Shown here one piece after another: positions 50,295 through 58,790 of a stretch of DNA of 64,000 nucleotides. The translations under genes and the position numbers were made by a program. The stretch covers positions 43,510 through 107,509 of IMG/VR virus record IMGVR_UViG_3300046471_000128; one strand, given 5' to 3'. Source of the stretch: a virus. The first letter of the stretch is position 1. Each line of letters opens with the position of its first letter. Below the pieces are notes generated by a model. The model did no database searches, was not told the DNA's origin, and saw nothing but the letters and a program-made list of their open reading frames with translations.

Positions 50295-50923
50295 GCTGCG
50301 ACGGGAACGATGGCGAGGGCGGGCGCCGGCTTCGCGGGCTTGATTACGCCCACCTTGATGCCGGCGTCGCGCAGCGCCGCGTTCAGGTCATCGACCGGCA
50401 GCGCGGGCAGCATGGGCTTCGGGGCAGTCAGATCGGACGGGAGGAAGCCTTCGACCTCGGGCCACATTTCGATCAGCTTGTTGAGCGAGGACGTCGCATA
50501 GACGGTGAGCCGGATGCTTTCCGCAAGCTCACCGCGCTTCTTGTCCAGGGCGGCGCGCTCATCGTCGAGCGTGCGATAGGCGAGATACACGTCGCGGTCA
50601 TAGACCGACAAATAGCCGAGACTTTCGCGTGAGAAGAATGGCAGCGGCTTGGCTACCTCGACGCTTCGCTCGGTCTTGAGATGACTTTTCGTGTCCACGT
50701 CATAGAAGCGCAGCGTCAGGCTGTTGGTCAGACTGAGAAACTCTTCGGGCGCCTGACGCGCTGCCTTCTCCTTCGCGGCGGGCACCACCGAGCGGTAGCA
50801 GTCCATCGCGATCTTGGCGAGGCGCTTCTTGATGTCCGCATACTCTTTTTCGAAAGCGCCGCGCAGTGCATTGGAAATGATCTGGTCGCGGGCGTGGTTG
50901 GTCAGCTTAACGTTCTTCGTCAT
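50291..50923 (-). CDS. Nmad5-family (nucleotide-modification-associated domain 5) protein
   Basis: KLTN..RDQII.NAL ... L..LIE.WPE...LP...LPA...DDLNA.L. Confidence 0.7.
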   Translation of the reverse strand: MTKNVKLTNHARDQIISNALRGAFEKEYADIKKRLAKIAMDCYRSVVPAAKEKAARQAPEEFLSLTNSLTLRFYDVDTKSHLKTERSVEVAKPLPFFSRESLGYLSVYDRDVYLAYRTLDDERAALDKKRGELAESIRLTVYATSSLNKLIEMWPEVEGFLPSDLTAPKPMLPALPVDDLNAALRDAGIKVGVIKPAKPAPALAIVPVAA

Positions 50924-51029
50924 GGAGAAATCCTCTAATTGTTTGATTTGAAAGGGACAACCGACACTTAGAAGTGTAGTCGTCCCTGTTTGGCAATTTG
51001 TAACCGGTGACTTATCGTAACCGGTTTTC

Positions 51030-51656
51030 CTAGTGCAGCACAAGGCCCGCTTCGTGCATCGACTGCATGGCGGCGTTGTGACGCACCGCGGACTTGCTCA
51101 CCCCGTGCGCCACCGCTGCGACGCGCTGCTTGAGATCCGTGCAGCTGCGCGGCATGCTGAAGTGGTCGCACTTGAGCGCCCCGCCCGCCATCAGGCCCAG
51201 CATCAGCGCGTTTAAATGCTCGACATACGCTGGGTTCGCCGGCGCCTTCCCTTCCGCGTCGACCAGCTGAATGCCCGGCTGCACGAGGATCAACGTGGTG
51301 AAGTGCCGGTTGGCGCATTCGTAGCAGTCGTGCATGTAGCGTTGCAAATCCGCGACAAGCGGCATGGGCACGTTTTCGCGCGTCACGTCGGCGAGCGTGT
51401 AGCCCAGCAGGTCGATCGGCGTGCGGTCGGTGATGAACTGCATGCCGCTCTTCTCGTAGAGCGTGTTCACGTCCTTGAGGATCTCCCGCTGGATCAGGAG
51501 GCGGGTTGCGAAGTCGTAGTCCTTCTTCGGGTCGAAGCCGAGGCGCTCGAAGGTCGCCGAAGCACCGGTCGCCACATACTTGACGCCCGAGTGCTCCGAA
51601 AACGCCCGTGCGAGGGTCGATTTGCCGGATCGATGCGAACCGCACAGGCCGAGCAT
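51030..51656 (-). CDS. P-loop nucleotide kinase-like protein
   Basis: GSHRSGKSTL, ITDRTPID. Confidence 0.75.
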   Translation of the reverse strand: MLGLCGSHRSGKSTLARAFSEHSGVKYVATGASATFERLGFDPKKDYDFATRLLIQREILKDVNTLYEKSGMQFITDRTPIDLLGYTLADVTRENVPMPLVADLQRYMHDCYECANRHFTTLILVQPGIQLVDAEGKAPANPAYVEHLNALMLGLMAGGALKCDHFSMPRSCTDLKQRVAAVAHGVSKSAVRHNAAMQSMHEAGLVLH

Positions 51657-52324
51657 TACGCTGCTACCTGTTCAGCGCCGGCTTCTAGGAGCGTGCGCTC
51701 GGCGGCGACGTCACGCTGCACCGCGGCGTTCGGATCGAACGCGCCCGCCTGGTAGCGGCCCGCCTTCTTGTCCTTCAGCTTCTTGATGTTGGTGAAATTG
51801 CACTGCTCGCGGGTGTAGCCGAGCGCGTCGAGCGCGATCTCGCCATACCAGGAAGCGTCGCCCTGTTCTTCCAAAGCGTTCACCTTGTCGACCGGCTGGC
51901 CGAAGAACGTCGGGATCAGCGCGGCGACAAACTCCGTCGACTCGGTGAACTGACCGAGCGCCGCGTGCAAGAGCCGCACGTCCACGCCCTGCAGCGACAA
52001 CGCTTCGCGCGCTTCCTTCTCGATGCCGGGGAAGAAGTCGGCGTCGCGCTGGTCACGGTAGCGGCCGGTCGCGAGCGGGAACGTCAGATCCTTCATGATC
52101 CCGGGGATCGCCTGCAGAGCTTGGCCCGTGATCTGCGGGTCGAGGTCCTTGCCGTAGAACACGGCGCGCTTGACCTGATCGAGCAGGTTGCCGGCCTGGA
52201 CCGCGAGGTTCAGTGCCATCACGAGCGTGGCCGGGCCGAAGTTGATCGCGTCGGGCTTCGATTCCGTCGAGAGGACTTCGGTGCGGTAGGTGGCGTTGTC
52301 CATCGTGTTTTGTGCTTGCGTCAT
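51656..52324 (-). CDS. MazG-like NTP pyrophosphohydrolase
   Basis: LLHAALG..TE..E...N..EE.GD..WY...NI.KL. Confidence 0.8.
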   Translation of the reverse strand: MTQAQNTMDNATYRTEVLSTESKPDAINFGPATLVMALNLAVQAGNLLDQVKRAVFYGKDLDPQITGQALQAIPGIMKDLTFPLATGRYRDQRDADFFPGIEKEAREALSLQGVDVRLLHAALGQFTESTEFVAALIPTFFGQPVDKVNALEEQGDASWYGEIALDALGYTREQCNFTNIKKLKDKKAGRYQAGAFDPNAAVQRDVAAERTLLEAGAEQVAA

Positions 52325-52375
52325 GGTTCGTTACTCCTTGGTTTGGGTGGTCGATAAGTGTTCAATTACTTATCA

Positions 52376-53386
52376 TTATAGTGAGGCAAAAGGTTCAGTC
52401 AGACGTGAACTGCGACGGAGCGGACCTTTCTTCGCAACCGCCTCTGCTTCAGCCTGCTTCTTCGCGCGCTCGATGCGCAGCTCCACGTCGCCGCGAAACT
52501 GGTGCCAGCCGACGAAGTTCTTGTGCGTGTCCGTGCCGTTCTTGAGCGGCGCGGCGATGTGCTCGGTCGGACTGGCGTGCAGCGGTTCGGCGCCCACCAG
52601 GCGTTCGTAGAGCCCCATGTCCTTCTCGGGGTTCGGCGTATCACCGTCATGCGTCAGATACGACACGCGGGCATTACGGGCCGTCGAGAGGGCTTGCAGC
52701 ACGTCCAGACGGTAGAGCTTGCGCTCGGTGTCGAGCACATACGGCAGGTGCCACGCATAAGCGTCGCTCCAGTCGCCACCGCGCAGCACGGGGTCGGACT
52801 GTTCCATCGCTGCCTTCATGGTCGCGGCCAGGTCTTGAATTTCCGGCTGGGCGTCAGGGTGATTGCGCAACTGGAAGAAGTTCTCCCACTCCGTCGCGGT
52901 CACGATCACGCTGATGTATTGGAACGGCTCGAGGATTCGGTTGACCAGTTGTTTGTGGTAGCCGGCCGCGTTCATTGCTTCGGCCACTTCGGCCGCGTTA
53001 TGTGCCGCCTCTACCCATGCTTCCTGGATCGTGAACTCCTGGCTGAAGCCATCGAATAAGTTGTCGGTCGGCGCGCCAACGTTCGCATACTGGAACAGCG
53101 TAACCGGTGCGTCGTGCTGCTCGTTCGCCTGCATGCCGGGCTGGTTCTTTCCCCAATGGATCGGACCCGCCGGGTCGTTGCGCACCTGCTCGATCATTTT
53201 GGCGACGGGGATCGCACGCGAGGAGCTCGCGTTTCGACTGAGCATGCGGTGCGTGAGGAACTCGGCGTGGATCGCACGCCAGTAGCGCAGCTCCAGCGTC
53301 GTGATGCGCTTCCGGTTGGTGATGCCGTTCGCAATGCTGTCGGCGATCACGCGCACCCGACAGCCTGGTCCTTGCAGTTCGATCAT
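52376..53386 (-). CDS. thyX: Flavin-dependent thymidylate synthase
   Basis: EFLTHRMLSRNASSSR motif, FF.LR....AQ.EI, HASP.EH. Confidence 0.85.
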   Translation of the reverse strand: MIELQGPGCRVRVIADSIANGITNRKRITTLELRYWRAIHAEFLTHRMLSRNASSSRAIPVAKMIEQVRNDPAGPIHWGKNQPGMQANEQHDAPVTLFQYANVGAPTDNLFDGFSQEFTIQEAWVEAAHNAAEVAEAMNAAGYHKQLVNRILEPFQYISVIVTATEWENFFQLRNHPDAQPEIQDLAATMKAAMEQSDPVLRGGDWSDAYAWHLPYVLDTERKLYRLDVLQALSTARNARVSYLTHDGDTPNPEKDMGLYERLVGAEPLHASPTEHIAAPLKNGTDTHKNFVGWHQFRGDVELRIERAKKQAEAEAVAKKGPLRRSSRLTEPFASL

Positions 53387-53513
53387 GTGTTTCTCCGTGG
53401 TGAAAGATGTCATTGAGCTCGCCACCCGTCAGGTGTGCGACTTCAATGGCTACCTCTCGATTGGGTCGGGCATCGCGCCCGACCTGTATTCTCGAATCAG
53501 ACTTCTGGCCCGA

Positions 53514-53900
53514 CTACCTGCGCTTGAACGAGCCGAAGTTCGCGGGGCGCGACGGCGCCCGGTAGACGTAAGCGTTGGCGCGCGGAGCGGCGATCACCGC
53601 TTTGTTGACCGTGACATTCCGGGTGACCGACTGATTCACGACGGTCGTGTGCTGCACCGGCGCGTGATACCCACCGCCGCCACTCATCATGTGACCCATC
53701 AGGAGGCCCGTGAGCAGCCCGTCGTGGCTCGGGGCTGCCTGCACAACTGTTACGGGCGCGGGCGCCACCGCGAGCCCGGGAGCGGCTACCACGGCCGGTT
53801 GCGCATAGGCGATCGGGTCGTTGCGGTAGCAGCCGGTCACGATCGAGGCGAATATGGTCAGCGCAATCACGCCGAGCACGCAGAGCAAAGTCTTTTTCAT
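53514..53900 (-). CDS. Putative lipoprotein or membrane protein
   Basis: MKKTLL...IVTGC; GLLTGLLMGHMMSGGG. Confidence 0.6.
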   Translation of the reverse strand: MKKTLLCVLGVIALTIFASIVTGCYRNDPIAYAQPAVVAAPGLAVAPAPVTVVQAAPSHDGLLTGLLMGHMMSGGGGYHAPVQHTTVVNQSVTRNVTVNKAVIAAPRANAYVYRAPSRPANFGSFKRR

Positions 53901-53986
53901 CCTTCTTCCTTCAGTGAATGCCCGGTTTCCCGGGCGGTTATCGACCATTATAGTAACGTGTGACTTATGGTGGCGAATAAATCGGA

Positions 53987-54979
53987 TCAGTCCCAATCGC
54001 CGAGGGTGCCCGTCGCGTAGTCGCCGATCTTTGCTTCGAAGAAATTTGCCTCCTCTCCTTCCGAGAACGGCTTGAACCACGGCACCGGCGATTTCACGCC
54101 CGGATAAAGCGGCGCGAGGCCAATCTCGACCGCGTGTTCATTCGCCGTCGCCTCGAGGAAGCCCCGCACGATCGGTGGCGTGACGCCCAGCATGCCCTTG
54201 CTGACGATGTAGGCGCCCCACTGCGCCTCCAGGTCCACCGCACCGCGCAGGATGGCCCCTGCGTCCTCCCAGAACTGCGCGTCGTAAAGCTCCGGGCGCT
54301 CCTGCATCATCGTCTTGTGCATCTGCTTGAAGAGGCCCAAGTGCGTGCGCTCGTCGCGGTGGATCAACTTCACGCTGTCCGCCGAGCCCGTCATCTTCCC
54401 GTTGCGCGCGAGCGCGTAGAACACGAGGAACGCGCTGTAGAAGTAGATGCCCTCAAGCGCGACGTTGGCGACCAGCGACCGGGCGAACTGCGCGGGCGTT
54501 CGCTCACCCGCAAGAATGCGCGTTTGTTTGAGGATGTGCTCGTTCTTCGCTGCGAGCATGCCGTCCTTCTCGAAGCGCATGTAGACGGCCATCGGGTCTG
54601 AGGAAACCGTCTCGACCATTTCGCTGTAGGCATCGACGTGCAGCGCCTCTTCATACATTTGACGCTTGATGCACATCTCCACCTCGGGCGATGTGATGCA
54701 CGCCTCGATGTTGGACAGGCTGTGCAGCTGGAACCCGTCGAGGTTCGAGGCGAAGGCCAAGGCGCTGTCGTAAGCGAAGCGCTCGCCTTCCGTGAGGCGG
54801 TTGCGGTAGCACGGGCCGTCCTCGGTCAAATCAGTCTCGTGGAGATCCCACGTATTTGCTTTCATCTGCTTCCAGATTTCGCGCGCCCACTTGTGCTTTG
54901 CGGGCGAAATCGCCATCAGGTCTGATCGCGGGCCGAAGGCGAGTCGGCGGTCGTTGATGATCTGTGCGTAGTTGCTCAT
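53987..54979 (-). CDS. nrdB: Class I ribonucleotide reductase beta subunit
   Basis: EEALH...Y, EGIYFYSAF, RDERTH, NFFE...DY. Confidence 0.93.
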   Translation of the reverse strand: MSNYAQIINDRRLAFGPRSDLMAISPAKHKWAREIWKQMKANTWDLHETDLTEDGPCYRNRLTEGERFAYDSALAFASNLDGFQLHSLSNIEACITSPEVEMCIKRQMYEEALHVDAYSEMVETVSSDPMAVYMRFEKDGMLAAKNEHILKQTRILAGERTPAQFARSLVANVALEGIYFYSAFLVFYALARNGKMTGSADSVKLIHRDERTHLGLFKQMHKTMMQERPELYDAQFWEDAGAILRGAVDLEAQWGAYIVSKGMLGVTPPIVRGFLEATANEHAVEIGLAPLYPGVKSPVPWFKPFSEGEEANFFEAKIGDYATGTLGDWD

Positions 54980-55227
54980 TGCTGTGTCTCGGTGGAAAGG
55001 GAAAGAGCGCCGTCCATCGCCTGCAGGGCGGCTCTGGCGCGCGCCCCGTGGTCGAACCCCTGATTCGCATAGAAGGCGAGCGTTTGACCGACGAGGGAGT
55101 GTGCGAATCCAAACTGCGCAAAGTTCTGCTCGATCGTCTGCTCCATTGCTGCGGGGAGCGCGGGCACCGGTGCCGGTTCGGGTTTCTTGGCCGCGCGGCG
55201 CGCAGCGAGGCTGATGACATTGCTCAT
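54976..55227 (-). CDS. Hypothetical protein
   Basis: 83 aa ORF coupled to nrdB. Confidence 0.55.
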   Translation of the reverse strand: MSNVISLAARRAAKKPEPAPVPALPAAMEQTIEQNFAQFGFAHSLVGQTLAFYANQGFDHGARARAALQAMDGALSLSTETQQ

Positions 55228-55265
55228 AGTCGATTAGGGCCGGTTGCCCGGCCCTTCCTTGTTGG

Positions 55266-57512
55266 TTACTGGCAGGACTCGCACTCCGGGTTGGTGATGG
55301 AGCACATCGGGATCGCCTCCTCCATCACGTCAGCGACCGGTGCGGCCGCCTCCGCTACGGGCTGCTCGGCGGCCTTCGCGCTCTCGGTGCGCAGGTAGTA
55401 GGTCGTTTTCAGACCGCGCTTCCACGCTTCGATGTAAATCGCCGAGAGCACCTTGCCCGTCGTGCCGGCCTTGATCCAGATATTCGTGCTCTGGGCCTGA
55501 TCCAACCATTTCTGACGCGCGGCCGCCGCCTTCACGATCCACATCGGGTCGATCTCGAACGCCGTCTTGATCGTGTCCGCGTAGCGCAGCGACGGTGCGA
55601 TCACCAGGAACTTGCCGCCCATGTTCTTCTTCGAGTAGTGGCGCTCGAAGTTCGGCTCGATGCACGGCGACACGCCGATGATGTTGCTGATCGTCGCGGT
55701 CGGCGCAATCGCCATCGTGTTGCTGTTGCGCATGCCGAAGGTCATCACGCGGTGGCGCGTCTCGCCCCAATTGAGCGTCGCGCGCTGGTCGCGGGCCGTG
55801 TCGATCGGGAGGATGCCCTGATGCCATTTGGATCCGATGAACGTCGAATACGCCCCGCGCTCGATCGCCAGGTCCACCGACGCGTTGATCGCGGCGAACG
55901 ACAGGTGCTCGAAAATCTCGTCGTTAAAGCGCACGCACTGCTCCGACTCCCAATCGATGCCCCACTGCGCAAGCAGGTCCGACAGCCCCATCAGGCCCAG
56001 GCCGACCGGGCGGTGCCGCAGGTTGGCGGTCTTTGCGCGGTCGCTCGGGTAGAAATTGATGTCGATCACGTTGTCGAGCATGCGCATCGCCGTCTTGATC
56101 ACCCGCTTGAAGCGCGCCGGCTCCTCGAAGGGGTTCACTTCTGCGACGTTCACCGAGCCGAGGTTGCAGACGAAGGTTTCGTCGGCGGAATTGTTCAGCG
56201 CAATCTCCGTGCAGAGGTTCGTGTTGTGGATCACCCCGACGTGGCTCTGCGGGTTGCGACGATTCATTTCGTCCTTGAAGCAGATCCACGGGTTGCCCGT
56301 CTCGAACAAGGCGGTCAGCATCTTGCGCCACAGCTCGATCGCCTGAATCTCGCCCACGAATGCGCCCTGCGCTTCCAGCTCCTCGTAGCGGGCCTTGAAC
56401 GCGTCGCCGTGGAGCTCGTGGAGGTCCGGGTGGGCGTTCGGGTCGAACAGGTGCCACACACCACGCGCTTCGACGCGCTCCATGAAGAGGTCGGGAATCC
56501 AGTTGTTCGGGAAAATGTCGTGCGTGCGCTCGTGGTCGTCGCCGGTGTTCTTCTTGAGATCCAGGAAGGCGAGGATGTCCGGGTGCCAGGTTTCGAGGTT
56601 CGGCGAGAAGCTGCCCTTGCGCTTGCCGCCCTGATTCACCGCCACCGCGGTGTCGTTGTAGACCTTCAGGTAAGGGACCACGCCCGAGGACTTCCCGTTC
56701 GTGCCCTTGATGTGCGAGTTTTTCCCGCGCACCTTCGTCCAGTCGGTGCCGATGCCGCCCGCATACTTCGACAGGAGCGCGCACTCGGTGATCGCGCCAT
56801 AGATCGAGTCGTAGGGGTGCTCACCCGGTTCCGACACGATCTGGTCGCCCACCTGATTGCCGTAGCAGGACGACATCTGCTGGTGCAGCGTGGCGGAATT
56901 GAAGAGCGTCGGGGTGGAGTTGATGAACTCGTGGCGCGACAGCACGCCGTAGAACTCGATCGCGCGCTCGGTCGGGTTGTCCTCTCGCAGCGCCAGGCCC
57001 ATCGCGACACGCATGAAGAAGTGCTGCGGCATCTCCAGAATGCGGCCGTCCGGCGTCTCACGGATGAAGTAGCGGTCGGCGAGCGTTTGCAGGCCCAGAT
57101 AGTCGAACTTGTCGTCGCGGTCTGCCACGATCTCCGAATTCAGCGCGTCGATGTCGAACCGGCCATCGAGGAGCTCGGGCGTCAGGCGCCCTGCGCCGAC
57201 GGCAGCTGCGAGGTAGTCCCACAGATACGGATAGTCGATCGAGTTGACCGACTCCTTGAAAATCTGCTGCTTGAGCAGGCGCGCGGCGACGTAGGTGTAG
57301 TCGGGCGCGGCCAAGCTGATGAGCCCGCCGGCGGCGAGGATGGTCGCGCGGTGGATTTCAGCGGTGGTGATGCCGTCGAAGAACATCTGGCCGACGCTCG
57401 TTTCGAGCTCGGACTGCGAGACATTCAGGCCCTTACAGGCCCATTCGACGCACTTTTGGATCTTTTCGATGTTCAGCGGCTCGCTTGAGCCATCTCGCTT
57501 TACTACGTTCAT
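55266..57512 (-). CDS. nrdA: Class I ribonucleotide reductase alpha subunit with ATP cone
   Basis: VVKRDG, TPTLFN, SSC, NLCTEI, APTAT, KTTYY, C-terminal CESC. Confidence 0.96.
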   Translation of the reverse strand: MNVVKRDGSSEPLNIEKIQKCVEWACKGLNVSQSELETSVGQMFFDGITTAEIHRATILAAGGLISLAAPDYTYVAARLLKQQIFKESVNSIDYPYLWDYLAAAVGAGRLTPELLDGRFDIDALNSEIVADRDDKFDYLGLQTLADRYFIRETPDGRILEMPQHFFMRVAMGLALREDNPTERAIEFYGVLSRHEFINSTPTLFNSATLHQQMSSCYGNQVGDQIVSEPGEHPYDSIYGAITECALLSKYAGGIGTDWTKVRGKNSHIKGTNGKSSGVVPYLKVYNDTAVAVNQGGKRKGSFSPNLETWHPDILAFLDLKKNTGDDHERTHDIFPNNWIPDLFMERVEARGVWHLFDPNAHPDLHELHGDAFKARYEELEAQGAFVGEIQAIELWRKMLTALFETGNPWICFKDEMNRRNPQSHVGVIHNTNLCTEIALNNSADETFVCNLGSVNVAEVNPFEEPARFKRVIKTAMRMLDNVIDINFYPSDRAKTANLRHRPVGLGLMGLSDLLAQWGIDWESEQCVRFNDEIFEHLSFAAINASVDLAIERGAYSTFIGSKWHQGILPIDTARDQRATLNWGETRHRVMTFGMRNSNTMAIAPTATISNIIGVSPCIEPNFERHYSKKNMGGKFLVIAPSLRYADTIKTAFEIDPMWIVKAAAARQKWLDQAQSTNIWIKAGTTGKVLSAIYIEAWKRGLKTTYYLRTESAKAAEQPVAEAAAPVADVMEEAIPMCSITNPECESCQ

Positions 57513-57673
57513 GGATGCTTTCTCGGGTTCGGTTTCACAGGGGGAAAAGAGTATAAGTCACAGATTACTATTTTGCAGGGGCAAAATAAAAGCCGCGACT
57601 CAGCGACCCTCTATCTATCAGTATAGTGCGGCTACCAGCTTCCGAACCGTTCGTCGTTCGTCTTTGCCACATG

Positions 57674-58276
57674 TCAGGCCGCCTTCGCGAAACTCAGCAT
57701 GGCGACCGCTTGCTTGAACTGGTCGGTCAGAATGCCGGCTTCGGCGACCGCGACGGCATCGGCCAAGTGCTCGTTATCGTTCACTAGGTCGCCCACCTTC
57801 CACTCCTTGAAGCCGGTCTTTGTCTTGACACGCCCGTTCTTCTCGTGCCGCAGCCAGTTTGCGTTCGGGTATTTCGCGGCTGCCCACTCGATCATTTCTT
57901 CCTTCGCAGCCTGCCGGTGCCCGACCGCCGCCATCTTCACTTCGAGCGGGCTGACCTGAATGAGCGGCACAGGCAGGTTCGCAAGAATGCCGATGACCAT
58001 GCCAAACGCGAGTGCTGCCCGGGCGCTCTGGGCACCCATCGGGACTTCTGAGACGGCGAACAGCGCGCCGTCGCACGCTGCATGAACGCCCGTCACGACC
58101 TCGCGGGCGCGACGCAGATCGTCCGAGTTCTGTCGGACGGTCTTGCCCTTTTGGTTGTCGGTCACGATCAGTCGGAGTTCGGGCGCGGCAAACCTGCCCG
58201 TATCGATGTCATATTCCATTATCGCGATGCCCGTGTGGGTGAGGGACGGGTCGAGTCCTACCAGTTTTACTTTCAT
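57674..58276 (-). CDS. RuvC-like Holliday junction resolvase
   Basis: GLDPS..HTG, E.P, P.EVK, EH.ADA. Confidence 0.8.
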   Translation of the reverse strand: MKVKLVGLDPSLTHTGIAIMEYDIDTGRFAAPELRLIVTDNQKGKTVRQNSDDLRRAREVVTGVHAACDGALFAVSEVPMGAQSARAALAFGMVIGILANLPVPLIQVSPLEVKMAAVGHRQAAKEEMIEWAAAKYPNANWLRHEKNGRVKTKTGFKEWKVGDLVNDNEHLADAVAVAEAGILTDQFKQAVAMLSFAKAA

Positions 58277-58290
58277 GTTCCTTCCTGTGG

Positions 58291-58722
58291 TTACCAGCTG
58301 GCGAATTCGGGGTCGGCAAGCATCGAATCGTGCTCGGCCGCCGCCGCTTGAGTCTTTTCCGTTTCGATCCCGGCCACAATCGTGTCGATGTCTGCGATAC
58401 CAAACGTCTGCATGTATTGTCTGAACCCGACCAGGCGATCCGGCGCTTCAGACAAGGGAATCTCGATGTAGGCGTAGTCGACCGGCAACCTGTTCTTGAA
58501 TACGAGGATCACACCGTCGCGCGAACCTGCATAGGCGCTTTGCAGCATCATCTCCTCGTCGCCCAGGAAGGCCTTCTTCTTGTATTGCGACTGGCGGGTC
58601 TTGATGGTCAGTTGCGCCGCGCCGCTCAGCTTGAACGCCTGAGCCGATCCGCTGCCGCCCTTCAGGAAATCGTTGATGTGCTGCGCCAGTTGCAGCGCTG
58701 CCTTGTGTTTTGCGTCATCCAT
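58291..58722 (-). CDS. Hypothetical protein (ends PEFASW)
   Basis: GAGGAG SD before MDDAK. Confidence 0.65.
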   Translation of the reverse strand: MDDAKHKAALQLAQHINDFLKGGSGSAQAFKLSGAAQLTIKTRQSQYKKKAFLGDEEMMLQSAYAGSRDGVILVFKNRLPVDYAYIEIPLSEAPDRLVGFRQYMQTFGIADIDTIVAGIETEKTQAAAAEHDSMLADPEFASW

Positions 58723-58790
58723 AGTGTTTCGCTCCTCTTCAAATCGTGTGAACTGTGTGGCTGCTGCACGCAGCCCGTCCAAAACTCCAC

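Noticed and set aside
53987-54979. NrdB as a metal-free or otherwise unusual class
   Set aside because: All Asp/Glu/His metal ligands and the radical Tyr (EEALHVDAY) are present, so it is an ordinary class I beta subunit
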